Position numbers and translations under genes: made by a program. Under the pieces are notes generated by a model that was not told where the DNA came from, ran no database searches, and was given only the letters and a program-made list of their open reading frames with translations. Of a stretch of DNA of 44,138 nt, positions 10,237 to 21,932 are shown piece after piece. Position 1 is the first letter of the stretch; the number at the start of each line of letters is the position of its first letter. This DNA is from Psammoneis japonica (taxonomy: Eukaryota), in contig QPGO01000081.1 in the NCBI GenBank assembly GCA_008632985.1, positions 310,001 through 354,138 of the forward strand, given 5' to 3'.

Positions 10237-13200
10237 AAACCCAATGTCTGTGTTTTAAGTGCTGCTGCGCTTCCACCCTGCAACTCTGGCAACAAGCTAA
10301 CCCACACTCCCAGTGCACAATGTGCGGCAGGAGTGTGTGACAATTGGCCATCATCGGCATTGCCGAAAGGCGATGCCGACCCGAAGCAGCTGGCAACAGA
10401 GCGCGTGCCTGCACGGCAAGCTGTTTGGCTTCCCGTAGACTAGACTTGAACATGGGCTTTGCCACAGCCAACCAATTTCGCATCCGATGGGCAGAATGGG
10501 TAAAATGCTCTTCAACTGAATCAAGGAGTTGGAGCTTGTCTCTTGCCAAGTGCTCATCCGCCCTGGAACATGTTTCTCAGACTTTGGCCTCCGTGTCACA
10601 GCGTTGAGCAGATCTCTTTGTTTCAGAATCGTGTCCATGCACAGCATCATTGTGCATGTCCCACAATTCCCACCACTGTGACCAGATGCAACTGCCAACA
10701 GTCGCCACCCAATCAAGACGTTTCTCCCTGTCAGACAAAGCATGATGCACACCTGCAGCTAGCAGGTGCGACCGCTGGGCCACATTCCACGAAGTGGAAA
10801 ACCTGCCACTAAAAACATGTCGCCATCCAATCCTTTCTTGGGACCGAAAAAGTTGCATGTGTGCTGCAATGAAAGTCCTCAATGTGTGGCAATTCCTCAC
10901 AAAACCACCCTTCTAGAGAACCCAGGAGCATGTCCCGCAAAGCCGGGGAGGCATTTATGTCATCGCATTTCTTTCGAAGACCTTGAAAAAATTTGCATCT
11001 CCATGCCTCATTGTGAGGGCAACGAAGGATGTGATCGCAGTCCTCCATCGGATGTTGACAATGGATGCAACAGTCGGGACGAGCAGGGTTGTGCCTGTGC
11101 ACAATTTTGTTTGTTGGAAGGAGATCTTGGACCAATTTGACGGTGCTCACCTTGCACCGGATGTTCCTTGACATTGGTTTCGAATGCACTTGCCAATCGA
11201 TCGACTGATGCACAACGTCGGACCACCCATGCTTCTCTTTCATGTGTTGTGTGAGAGCTGGACTGGATGCCTCATGCCGAAGGACAGTCTTGAAGTTTGA
11301 AGTCAAGGCACCCGCTGGAATGTCAAGCAATGCAGAGCAATTGGGCATGCGGGGCACAATGGAAGTGTCACCATCATGCTGGCCTTGGAATCCGGCAGCT
11401 AGCGTGTCTGCTTGAACGTTCAATTTAGCGGGGAGAGACAAGTGTTGATGCGGAATGGTGTCGTCTTGGTGCCCTTTCACCCAGGAAAGCATCACTGGTG
11501 TGCCCTGCATGCCTTCACTCTGTGCACCTTGCAACTGTTGCAAAGAAATAAAAATTTCGTGAATGACACCCCAATCAGGAGCCAGGGCATTGGAAATGTG
11601 GTGCCTCAGGCAAAAGTCCCATTCACGGTGAGTCTCGTCCGCATCGTCGGGGTGTGGGGGCAGTGCCTCGAAGTTCTGAACGTTGCAGACCAAGGAAGAG
11701 TTGTCCAGTGACACTCTGTCCCAAGTGGAAAGGTCCGATTGCAAAATGTCACAACACGAAGAAGGAACCGCACCACTGAAAGGTGGCCATGAGCCTCTGC
11801 ACGACACGGGAAGGACGAAATCCGAAGACTGGGCCTGCACAATCCACCAGAAAAACTCCACCGACAGACAACGTCCAGCCAAAGGTGCCATTGCACTGCA
11901 CCACCGAGCCATCACTGCCGACCATTGCACGAGAGTTGGCCAATGTTTCCGCTGGTTCAAACACTGACACGTGCAGCGTCAAGTCTTGAAACAGGGCCGA
12001 TTCCCATTTGGGTGAAGAACGGACCCAAGCAACAAATTCACCCGGGACAGGGAGACTCGGAGGAATGGACACTTTAGAGAATGATGATTGAAGACGCCAC
12101 TTTCCATCGTCGGTGGTGTCAACCAAAACGGGAGATGCCAAAGGCGACAGGTCCGGAACAGTCTCTGGGTGCCTCAAAGATTCCGCGCATCCATCTCGGA
12201 CGGGGCATGCATTGCATCCGATGTCAGACCGGATGTACAAAAACTGTTCGCTCGGTTCAAAGTGAGCCGGGAATTGCGTGCGCATGTCGGCAGCAGCAAC
12301 AATCCATTGTCCCAATGGATGTTTCAGCGAAGAAGTGTCATCCTTGCAAAACAATGCACATGCTCGACGCCACTGCTTCCAAGCTCTGGGAGACGGAGAT
12401 GGCTGTTCCACTGGGTTGTTCAATGAAAAACTGCTGAGGAGGGAGCGATCACCTGCCAATTTAAATTCATCAATGGATGGACCGTCTGGAAGAGCAATGT
12501 CAGAAACCGTGAGCACGTTGAGATGCAATCGACAGCAATTAATCCAGCGGATCTCTTTGTCGGAGAATTCGCCAGACTCAAGTGCAACATCCATGATGCG
12601 CTGATCGTTGTCCCGCTGAAGGGGCAACACACCCACATCGTCCAAGTCGAGAGAGGCATTAATCCGAACCAGAAAAGATCGCAGAGACATGAACCATTTA
12701 GATTCAGAGTGGGGCAGTTTGGAGTGAACATCCACTAAAAAGCTGATGCCAGTGCCCAATTGAAACTGCACCCAAGCCACCATAACACGTGATAAAACAT
12801 GAGGTTGACCCCCGCCGCACCAGTGCCGAATAAACTGCGTGCATTGGGACATGCCTTGCTCCACATCTAACGACCGGAAACCGCCTCCACCAAGAGCACA
12901 CGGACCAAACAGCACGTCTCGTTTTGTGTTTTGGTTGTGCCCACACTTCGCAAAAATTGTCCGCATCGCTTTCCGCTGAACCTCGAACAACCCTTTGGCA
13001 AGAAGTGAGTGTTCGGGAGATTGTGAGACACAGACGACAAGTGGCAGGCGAAGCAATGCGTCCAAGCTTCATGCCTGTCAAGAGGACACGCTCCAAGGAA
13101 CAAGGCAATGTCATCACTCTTCCTCTTTAACACCAAGTGTTGCGTTTTCTGAGTGCCAGCGGGAGACTTGCAATGCCCTAAGGTCTTGTGAGATGAGCAA

Positions 13201-16200
13201 GCTGAAAGCTGGGTGCTGGACCTCTTGGCAGTGCAGTCGGCGGAGAAAATTTCAATGTCAATTTCATCGTTAAAGGGGTGCAAGCAAGGTTCACCGTCCT
13301 CCGTGAAAATCCATTCGACAGCATGAAATGAGCATTTGGGAAGCTCAAGTTCGTGGCCAGCAGCATTGAGAAGGTCACACCACATTTGGTTGTCTTCCTG
13401 CATTTTTGGAACCAGGTCCATGGCGGACGGCTGAGGGGAGGCACAAAAGTCATTGACTTGCTTCGAGGTGTCATCCACGCATCCTCTGATGAACAGTTTG
13501 AGGGACTGTTGTCGGTTGGGAGATTCGAAACAGGTGCCGTGAGCTTTCTCGTCGAACAGCCAGAACAGACTGTTGCACATTTGATTCCAGTGGAGTGGGG
13601 AATTGCCACTGCCCTGTCCCGTGCCACAGATCAGGAACTCAGAAGAGTGAGAGCATGAGGTCGCAGACAGGCCAAGAACCGTCTTTGGCCAATGCCGGGT
13701 GCCCTCCAAGGCAGCGTTAGCGGACTGTGTGATCTGCTTGGGCATGCCGTCACTTCTGCTCTCCAGTGCCGTTAAAGCAGGGACATTTCTGTCATGACAA
13801 GACGTGCAGTCATCATCACTGTGGATGGCAGTCTTCCTCGACACTCTGCCAATTTCCAGCATTAATTCCTCGAGGTAAACGGGAGTGTTGGCGTTCAAGA
13901 ATGGTCTTGTGCCATAAATGCCTGGATTGCACAAACGCTGATGCTCCATGTTCTGAGCAAGGGACCGCCATTTCACACTGGAAACAAGCTGAAAATCGGC
14001 CTCATGCATGTGGATGACGTGAAGTCGGTGAATTTTGGTGTTGCCAGGTTCCTTGAAGATCATGACGTTAACGATGTCTTTCCAACGATCATGCGAGCAC
14101 CCCCAGCGTAGGGCGTAATTGAGCAAGTTCAAACGGATTTGAATCAAGGTGCGTTGGACTTTGTCCAATGAAGCACATTCTGGAGCAGGTTCACCATCAG
14201 CAGTTTGGGAATGAGAGTGAGCATGGGAAGCATGCATTGCTTTCCAATGACCCAGATGAAGGCCTGAGAAAAGCGATGTCGATGTGGACTCTTTCCACGG
14301 CTCAATCTTGCCTTCCAAATCCTGAGCCGTTAAAACTGTGACACAGACACTGGAGAACGGCGTTGCAAATGAGTGACAAACCGAGACGCAGCTTCATTGA
14401 GCACAGACGTGTCATGCTCTCTGTCCAGAATAAGATCCGCCACAACAGTGTCCCCTGAATGACCAAGTCCACAGACAGAGGGGGAACAGTGGGAGGCGTC
14501 CCATCAGCTTGCCCAAAATGTTTCTGATTCCGTGTGTGCAGTGCCGAAGCTGCTTCATCCGGAGCATCAACAGCAATCCAATCCACACATTCCTTTGGAG
14601 GGATCGCCGGATTCAGCAGAACTTGAACACCATTGATCCCAGTGTCACGTTTAGCTCTCACGACTTGATCTTCCGGAACAGTTTGGTGGTCTCTGCTGCC
14701 TTGCGAAGGTTGCGTAGAACAGCTGCCTTTTTACGAGAAGCTGCAGTGCCCTCCATTTCTGGCCGAGCAATCTTGTTGGCAATTTCATTGTCTCGATGCT
14801 TAACGCTCTCAGCCGCGACCTGTTGACACTCGTTCTGCACTTGTCGTAAAGCTTGTTGGCACTCTTCAATGGCAGATGGGATCACAAATTTGCCACTCAG
14901 GCTGGCGCGGACATTTTGAATCTGAGCCGTGTGATCAATGCGGGCACGCATCACAGACAACACACGAGACAAGAGATGCACTCGACAACGTAAATCCGCC
15001 AACTGAGTCGACCACTCCGGTTCTCGGTGAAGGCGACACTTCTTTGCCACTGCAAGAAAACTGCAACAGATCCCTATCCAGCCTTTCTGCCAATTCATGA
15101 TCAGGAGTGATGGACTCCATGAGTGAAGTGGACCTCTCCAAAACGTTCCGACTCTCTAGCATGGGATCGATGGTTTGTAGGTGGGTGGCAACTTGAGGTT
15201 TCGAAGACGCTTGTAGGTCTGAAAGGCCGCCTTCGGAAGATCAACGGTCGGGTTGCCGAACAAAGTGACAGTGTCAAAGTCCACGAAGCAAGCGCGATGA
15301 TCCGAAGTGATGCGGCATCCAAATGCTTCACAGCCACCAAATCGTGCAGTGGCCAAAGCACCAGGGGTAGCTAAAACGAAATCCAAGCATTTTGACCCCC
15401 TTGTGCAAGCAGAAAATGCCCGTGTCTCCTGTGAGAAGAGAACATCAACATCGGAGAGATTGAACCGTTTGGGGCCAAAGTGGACAGAGAGTCCGGGTGT
15501 CAATGACGAAGTCCCGTGTTAAAGTCCCCCGGAACAAAATTAACCTCACCGGTGATGAAGGGAGTTTGTCACTGTGGAACGGCAAACCAACAAAACTGAA
15601 TGTTGGGCAGTGTCCAAACAAACCTCCGATGCACCCACAATGTCAGCCTGCATCTCGTTTGTGATCTGCCAGTGCGCAGCGAAGTCTCCTCCACGTTTGT
15701 CAAACTTGCTGCCATTTGCATTGAAAGCGTGCAGTCTGATGTGATGTGACAGCTTGGGCCCCACAGAGTCACCAACGGAAACGTTTGTCTTCAGGTGTGA
15801 GAAATCAATGTGTCGTCCGGCAGAGGATTGAAACCACCTGCCATCCAAGAGTGTCTGCCATGTGGAAGACATGTCTGTTGAAATGGCACTGCTCATGGTT
15901 GGGCCACACTCCTCCAAAGAGAAGACTGGGGCTTGCAGCGCTGCCAGCAGGTTGAACCGAAGAATGAGGGCATGGAGAAGATTGGGGCTTGTTGCGATGC
16001 AACGGGTGTGAGGCAGCATGAAAGGAGAACTTGCGACATCGAGATGTGCGTCGAAAAACGTGTGCCAAAGTGTGGGACTCTTGAAGTCGTGAGGCAATGT
16101 CAGGAGGACACCCAATCTTTTGAGGGGGTGGAGGCAGCGAAGTCCAACCCCGCTCTAAAAATCCTTCTCCTTGTCTCGATGGTCGCCAGGCCTGTCTGGT

Positions 16201-17186
16201 GTTTCGTTGTTGTTGGGACGTTTCCGTGCGACGCTCTGTGCAGGTTGGCTTGCCTGCAACAGTTGGACAATCTGATTCATCTGTGACTGCATGCCAGACA
16301 GTTGTTGCGAGTGGCGGTCCTGTGTGGCCATCACATCATTTGTGTGCTGAGTGGTGAAAGCATTGTTCAATGCTTCCATGTCCCAAGAATGTTGTGCACG
16401 TAATTCAGTGAGGGCTTTGTCATGTTTCTCTTGCATTTGGTTCATTGTCTGTTGCACTTCTGCCAACTGTGCTGCAGCAATTGACGAGCCAGCGGTCAAC
16501 TGTGTTGCCTGTGCATGAGAGTGCGGGGAAGACGTTGAGCTTCGATGTCCGGGAATGCCACAGGAAGGTGGGGAGAACTGGGAATGCTGAGTGAAAATGT
16601 GAGGAGGCACCGCCGAGCCTTGAGTTGTCCCTCGTCCAGGGTAACCTCGTCCTTCATGACCACGTCCAGCAAGTGGTTTCAAAGCAGGTTGTGTCGAACC
16701 GGGAGCCTGATTGTCAGTCAGCGGAGAAACGTCCGAAAATGTAAGAAATTTGAGACTGCAAATGCCAGCCGAAATGATGGATTTGCTTGTGTCGGATGAT
16801 TCTTCGAAGACACCTGACACTTGAGGAGGTTCCAAAAATGGGGGAGATGGGTGAGATTCTTTCGAAACAGAAGGGATCAGATTCACAACGCACGTGGAAA
16901 TGGCTGCTCGGATGGTGTCAAAGTTCCAACGGTCCACTAGAATGTTGAATCGTCCATCAACAATCGTTGATTTGAAAATGTCCTTCACTCCAGTCAGCGC
17001 TTTAAGGTGATGTTCAAAATAAAACATCATGTCCGGGGCAGTGTTCAACAGTGGTGCCACAAAGGTGTCTTCATTGTGACGAGCTTGCGTCTTGACGGCG
17101 TTGTAAAATGCAAGAGGGGAGATGTGACGAGTTTTCGCCATCACGACATGAGTTGGGAGTTTGTTCGAAGCACAGAGCAAAGCCTC
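10237..17186 (-). mobile_element. 5'-truncated non-LTR retrotransposon (ORF1 fragment; ORF2 with APE endonuclease, RT, RNase H, zinc finger), degenerate; Ambal-like architecture
   Basis: 17-bp TSD GCCAAGCACACAAAACA at 10220-10236 and 17187-17203. APE motifs FNANG..SEVCLD, PGDFN, LDFVL, SDHRA (~15760-15270). RT motifs KEPGN..HEADF, GTGQGSGNSP, GCVDD (~14300-13150). RNase H motifs SDGSV, WVKGHQD, NVQADTLA (~11930-11380). C..C..EDCDHILRC zinc finger. Confidence 0.92.
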
Positions 17187-18339
17187 GCCAAGCACACAAA
17201 ACAGTTCTTTGCAACAAAACGGAACCATTGAAGAGTGAGATAATCTGGCATGCGCTCATCACCGTAAGGGAGGCAAATCTCCCAAAGAACAAAGCCATCA
17301 AACCTGTCTCTCAAAGGAGCCGACACCTCTCTGAACTCATTGAAAGCATCCTCATTTGTCCCGGGAGTCCAATTGCGATGTGAGACAAGAACGATCCTGC
17401 TCTTGCTCTGAATTTCCTTTAGGAATTGAGGGTGCTCAGCTTCCATCTCGTCTCTTCCCTCAAACTGGAATCCATGAGAGAGAAAATCCCATGAGACAAA
17501 TCTGAAACTGCCGCATTGTCTCTGGCTGACATCAGGTGTCGACAACATGGGACCAAAGATGGAAACAAAGTCTTGGATGTTGCGACACTTTTTGATGCTC
17601 TTGAGCAGTGCATCCTGGTTGTCATTTCCCTCATCAAAGAGTTTGAATGCCGCCATGAGCTGCGTCATGGTTTTTTCCTGCTCACAGACCTTGTCGTCGT
17701 TGCCGTGGCTTGCCTTTGCTCGCAAAGCGTCTGGCTCAGCTTGGGCGCTAGCGAGTGCAGCCTTGACATTCTGGAGGTCATTGACAGCCACCATTTTTGT
17801 CAGTTCTGCCATTTGGAGATCCTTCTCTTTTGCCTTTAGCGCCGGCTTGAGTTTCTTGTGCTTGAGGAGCTCCTCCCTCCGAGCCTCTTTGAGCCGTTCC
17901 TTGTCCTGCTTGCTGTCGTTCAGTTGTTGAATTTCTCGTTGAAGGACCTCATGTTGTTCTTTGGAAAGCTTGCGTTGCCTTCATTCTGTCTGACAATGAT
18001 GGGTTGAGGTTGGACTGAATGCTCGTGATTCTCCTTGATGTTGAATCCCCAATTCCCCCTTGAAAAGGCAAAGAGCACCGTTCATCGAGTTGGCCATTTC
18101 AACCTTGTCTTTGATCTTTTTCAAATCCTTCTCAATGTCTTCAAGGAGAACTTGAATGTGTTCTTGAGAGGCAAAGTCTTCAGGGATTTGGTTCAACACG
18201 TTGCCAATGGACTCAACCTTTGGTCCAAACACTTTGACGGTCTTTTTTGTCTTGCCGCTTCATCGCACATTGTCTTGACTAGCAAAGCCATCTGGATGAG
18301 AGCCTTCATGGCTCCCACAGCTGCCAGTGGTTCAGCCAT
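17187..18339 (-). pseudogene. 5' half of the interrupted gene: helical N-terminal domain, coiled coil, start of HET-like domain 1
   Basis: ATG at 18339 (MAEPLAAVGAMKALIQMALLVKTMCDEA). Frameshift in an A-run near 18245; in-frame TGA at 17981-17983. The frame continues through a coiled coil to IVLVSHRNW..FVLWEICLP..FVAKNCFVCLA and joins in frame across the TSD to SPCEMMQRRIWLRFE. Confidence 0.7.
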
Positions 18340-20049
18340 GGTGCATTGCCGGCAGTGGGAGGAACAGGAACAACGTTGACAGTGCTGGAATGGAAGGTGG
18401 CAGCTGGATCCTCTGACATGGGGCAGAGACATGATGATGATGTGTTCTGCATGTTGCAAAGTGTGATGTGTGATGTTCGTTCGATCGCAGATGGAAATCG
18501 CAGAAATCCCACATGCTGCACATGCGGCACTGCATAGTGCCGTAGTCTACTTCGTACATGCATGCTGATGATGACAGTGGTTGAAGTTCGTCTCATCGTC
18601 TGTGCAGTCTTTTTCGGACTGGATGACCCCCCGGTCATTTTGGGATTTTGCACGGGAACAACGAGTCCTCAGTGCCCTGTGCGACTTCAGACTGGAACCA
18701 AGCGGGCATCCAGTTCATCGCGTTTGCTGTTGATCATCTGGGAGCACCAGGACACTTTGCCCACCACCTTCTGTTTGGCACCAACCAAGATCATCCTGTC
18801 CCTGCCCCGCCTGCTCCTCCTTGGGCACCGGAAAATCTTCCTTGTTTCAACACACCCAGCTGCTCATGCTGCAAGTGCCCGCACCCAGCCTTGTTTGTCT
18901 CCACAGCAGTTTTCCGTGCCACTGCTGCTGTGTGGAAGAATGCCCCAATGACACACTTCAGCCTCACTCATCATGCCGCTGCACCACCACATTGTTGGGG
19001 CCTCTGGAGCCTCAGCTTTGCCGTTGCCAAATCATCTGTGTGTGGCTGGTCAGCTGGCCCACATTGCCCCTCCAACCTGTGGCCCCACCTCACCAACCCA
19101 CTCCCCAAACCAGCACCCTTTCCTGCCTGTGTGACCCATTTTCACCCCTCTTCAGCATCCATCATCCACCCCATGTCTCCAGCTGATGCTGCACTTGTGA
19201 ACTCCTCATGAGTGCACACCAAGCAGAGAGAAAAAAACAGACTTGGGAAGCTGAGGAAACCTCAGATGACGCAGGTCAGCACATGTGGTTTTGGGGCCTG
19301 TGCCCTGTGCAACATTGGCAGCAGGAATGAAAAGCCCAGCATCGTCAATGACAAGAAACAAATGTTGTGCAGCACTGTCAAAGCAAGAGAGAGAGACAGT
19401 TGTTGCACCAACAATCAATGGCACAGCTTGCCACATTTCTCTGCCTGGGCAGCAAGTGCATGGACAAAAGGAGAAGTGCAAACACATGAAAGACACATCT
19501 GTGCTTGTTCATTTTTTTGGTGCATCAACCCCTCTGCTGCATTGTGGCTGCACTCTCGCTTTGCTGATGACTGGCAGCAGATGCCATGCTGGACATGCTC
19601 TTCATGATGTCGTCTCTCATGTGAGGAGATGCATGGCATGATTGCACAATGTTTCAAATGCACATGCAAGAAAAGTTCTCACTGCACTGAGTGCAAGCTG
19701 CCATTTGGTGAGCTGTGTCTGAACAAATGTTGTCACCAGCCGATGTCAGCTTGGGATTGTTTTTGTGCCAACAGCATCTGGGCATCATGGGATGAAGTCA
19801 GCATGTTGGAGTGCCACACATGAACAAAAATCACTGGCATGCATGACATTGTGGCACAACTTTGAGAAGACATTATGTTGTGATTGAGACCTCTGTTGTG
19901 TCAAGGAGACAAACACACACAGAGAAATGTTCTCTCACACAATTTTCAGCTGTGACAAAAAGCCTGCTGCGTTCACATTTTCATCACAGAATTTTTTTTT
20001 TCACAATGCTTTCATGCATTCTTTCTTGTGTGCACAAACAAAGTGAGAT

Positions 20050-20800
20050 TCTCATGGTTGTCAAAAAGACAAGCTAAAGAAGCTCCCTTCCAAGTGCCAG
20101 CATCCTTCATTTGGAAACTTTGTTTTGCACTTTGCTGGCACACATCACATGCCCTTACAAAGAAATTGTTGTGGACATGCCAGCTCCCTCCACAATGAGT
20201 TGGCGTGGCCCACTCACCAATGCACAGCACAGATGTGACCTTTGTTGTGCCAAGCTGTGGCAACTGCACATTGTTGTGCAGATCAGACATGCAAGCCTTC
20301 TTTCCCTCTGGCAACCCAAGCTGATTTTTTCATCTTTCTGGCAGCATTTTTTTTCAACAGAGCAAGCAGAGGTGGATTTTCTGTTCGAGCTGGGTTCAAA
20401 TGATGTGCACAGAGTGCTTCAGTGCCCCCTCCTCTGCCATGGAGCACTTCAACAAAAGCAACCAGCAATGCCAGCATCACACAAAACTCTGGAGCGGTTG
20501 CTCCAAGAAAAATCTAGTTTGGTGCATGTCACTCCTTTTGGGGCAATTTTTTTCCCAGCTCAGAGTGCTGCATGCTCTCAGAGAAGTTGTTGCCATGGTG
20601 GGCAGCCAGAAAGTTCTCACTCAGGAACTGGGGGTGCAGCTTGCCAAGTCAGTCCATCACATGATGAACTTGGTTCTTGGCATCAAATTGTTGCCAGGAT
20701 CAGGTGCACCAAACACTTCTAGATTCATCCACATTGCTTGACATTGACAGGCACTGATTGAAGAAGTCTCTTGCGGCTGTTGGTGAGTTTTGCCACATTT
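20050..20800 (-). mobile_element. Degenerate tyrosine-recombinase (Crypton-like) remnant
   Basis: Minus-strand fragments KE*HAPN*IFLGATAPEFCVMLAL, GLHV*SAQQCAVATAWHNKG and CVPAKCK resemble the stramenopile Crypton recombinase core. Heavily mutated; limits approximate. Confidence 0.55.
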
Positions 20801-21932
20801 GCAACTCACACTCAACAAGAAATGATGCAAGCAACACTGTCAAAAAGTTGGTTTGCAATCATTTCTTGATGGCATCTTGTTGGCATGGTTGCAGTTGAAA
20901 TTCTGATGGGTTGTGTTGTTGTGCAAAGACCCCAAACAAACAAAACATGCAACACATTGTCATGCCCAAATGGGGTTGCAACAGGAGTGCCTCCAATTGA
21001 ATCATGCTGCTGCTGGCAGCAGCCCCCCACAATTGCCTGTCACACAAGAAAAAAAGGGCATTGATCAGCAAGCAGCAAGCAGTGAGCAGCTGGCAAATCC
21101 ACAGGAAAATGCTGCTTTGGCTGGTTGCACAATGGGCACAATGTTGTGGCACCCATTGAGACATCTGCAAACACTTCAAATTGGTGATTCACATTTGCAG
21201 CTGCTGAGGTTGAGGTTGAAAACAATCCACAGATCACTTTCCCTTCCACCACTGGCAAAAGCAAAGCAAGCCAATCTGTGAGAGCTTGCAGACAAACAGA
21301 TGTGAGTCAAGCAAGTTGAGTGAGCCAGCCAGCTGCAGCATGTGTGTTGCAGAGCTCCGTGCATCACAGTTGGTTCTTGGAGCTGCCTTGCTCCAGTTTG
21401 AAGCTGTGAGAGCATCCTCCCATGGCTCCTTTCTTGGGTGCATCCATTGCTTGGGGCCACTGTGTCCAGTTCCTGTGCTTTCATCAGTTCCAATGTGTTC
21501 ATTGTCCAAAGCTTGGCTGTCCTTGGTGACCACCTGGTGGTGGTCCTTGTCATATGGCACACATCATTGTTGGAATCTCCTTTTTGTCCTTGACAATCAG
21601 TTGAAACATCACCTTACATCACACACACACACAGTTGGCGAGCAGTCAGTTACAAAAAATGCTCTTTTATTCCTTATCATTTAGATGTAGACAAAAGAAA
21701 ACTCAGGACAACCCAGGAGGGAAGTCGAGCTGCTCCACTGAGCGTCACTGACTGTGAATGGCGTTAATCATGCGCTACACACGAATCTAGAGCGATGCAA
21801 TCCCGGCAAGGGGTCTCCACCCGTGCATTGTTTTAGAGCTTGCTCTAATTTGAGCGGCAATGTATTGCTTTGGTTCTGTAGCTAGAACCACAAGAAATCC
21901 CATGAACAAAAAAGAATGTAGCTCCTAGCTCA

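Noticed and set aside
17187..17990. Coiled-coil ORF as ORF1 of the LINE
   Set aside because: It lies outside the TSD and joins in frame to the HET-like sequence at 10236.
19629..19823. Cys-rich ORF resembling a transposase C-terminal finger
   Set aside because: Cys is inflated by TA>TG and CG>TG changes, and no linked catalytic domain was recognised.
5660..21650. Classical RIP or simple CpG decay as the explanation for the composition
   Set aside because: RIP enriches TpA and CpG decay does not remove it; paralog alignments show TA being lost.
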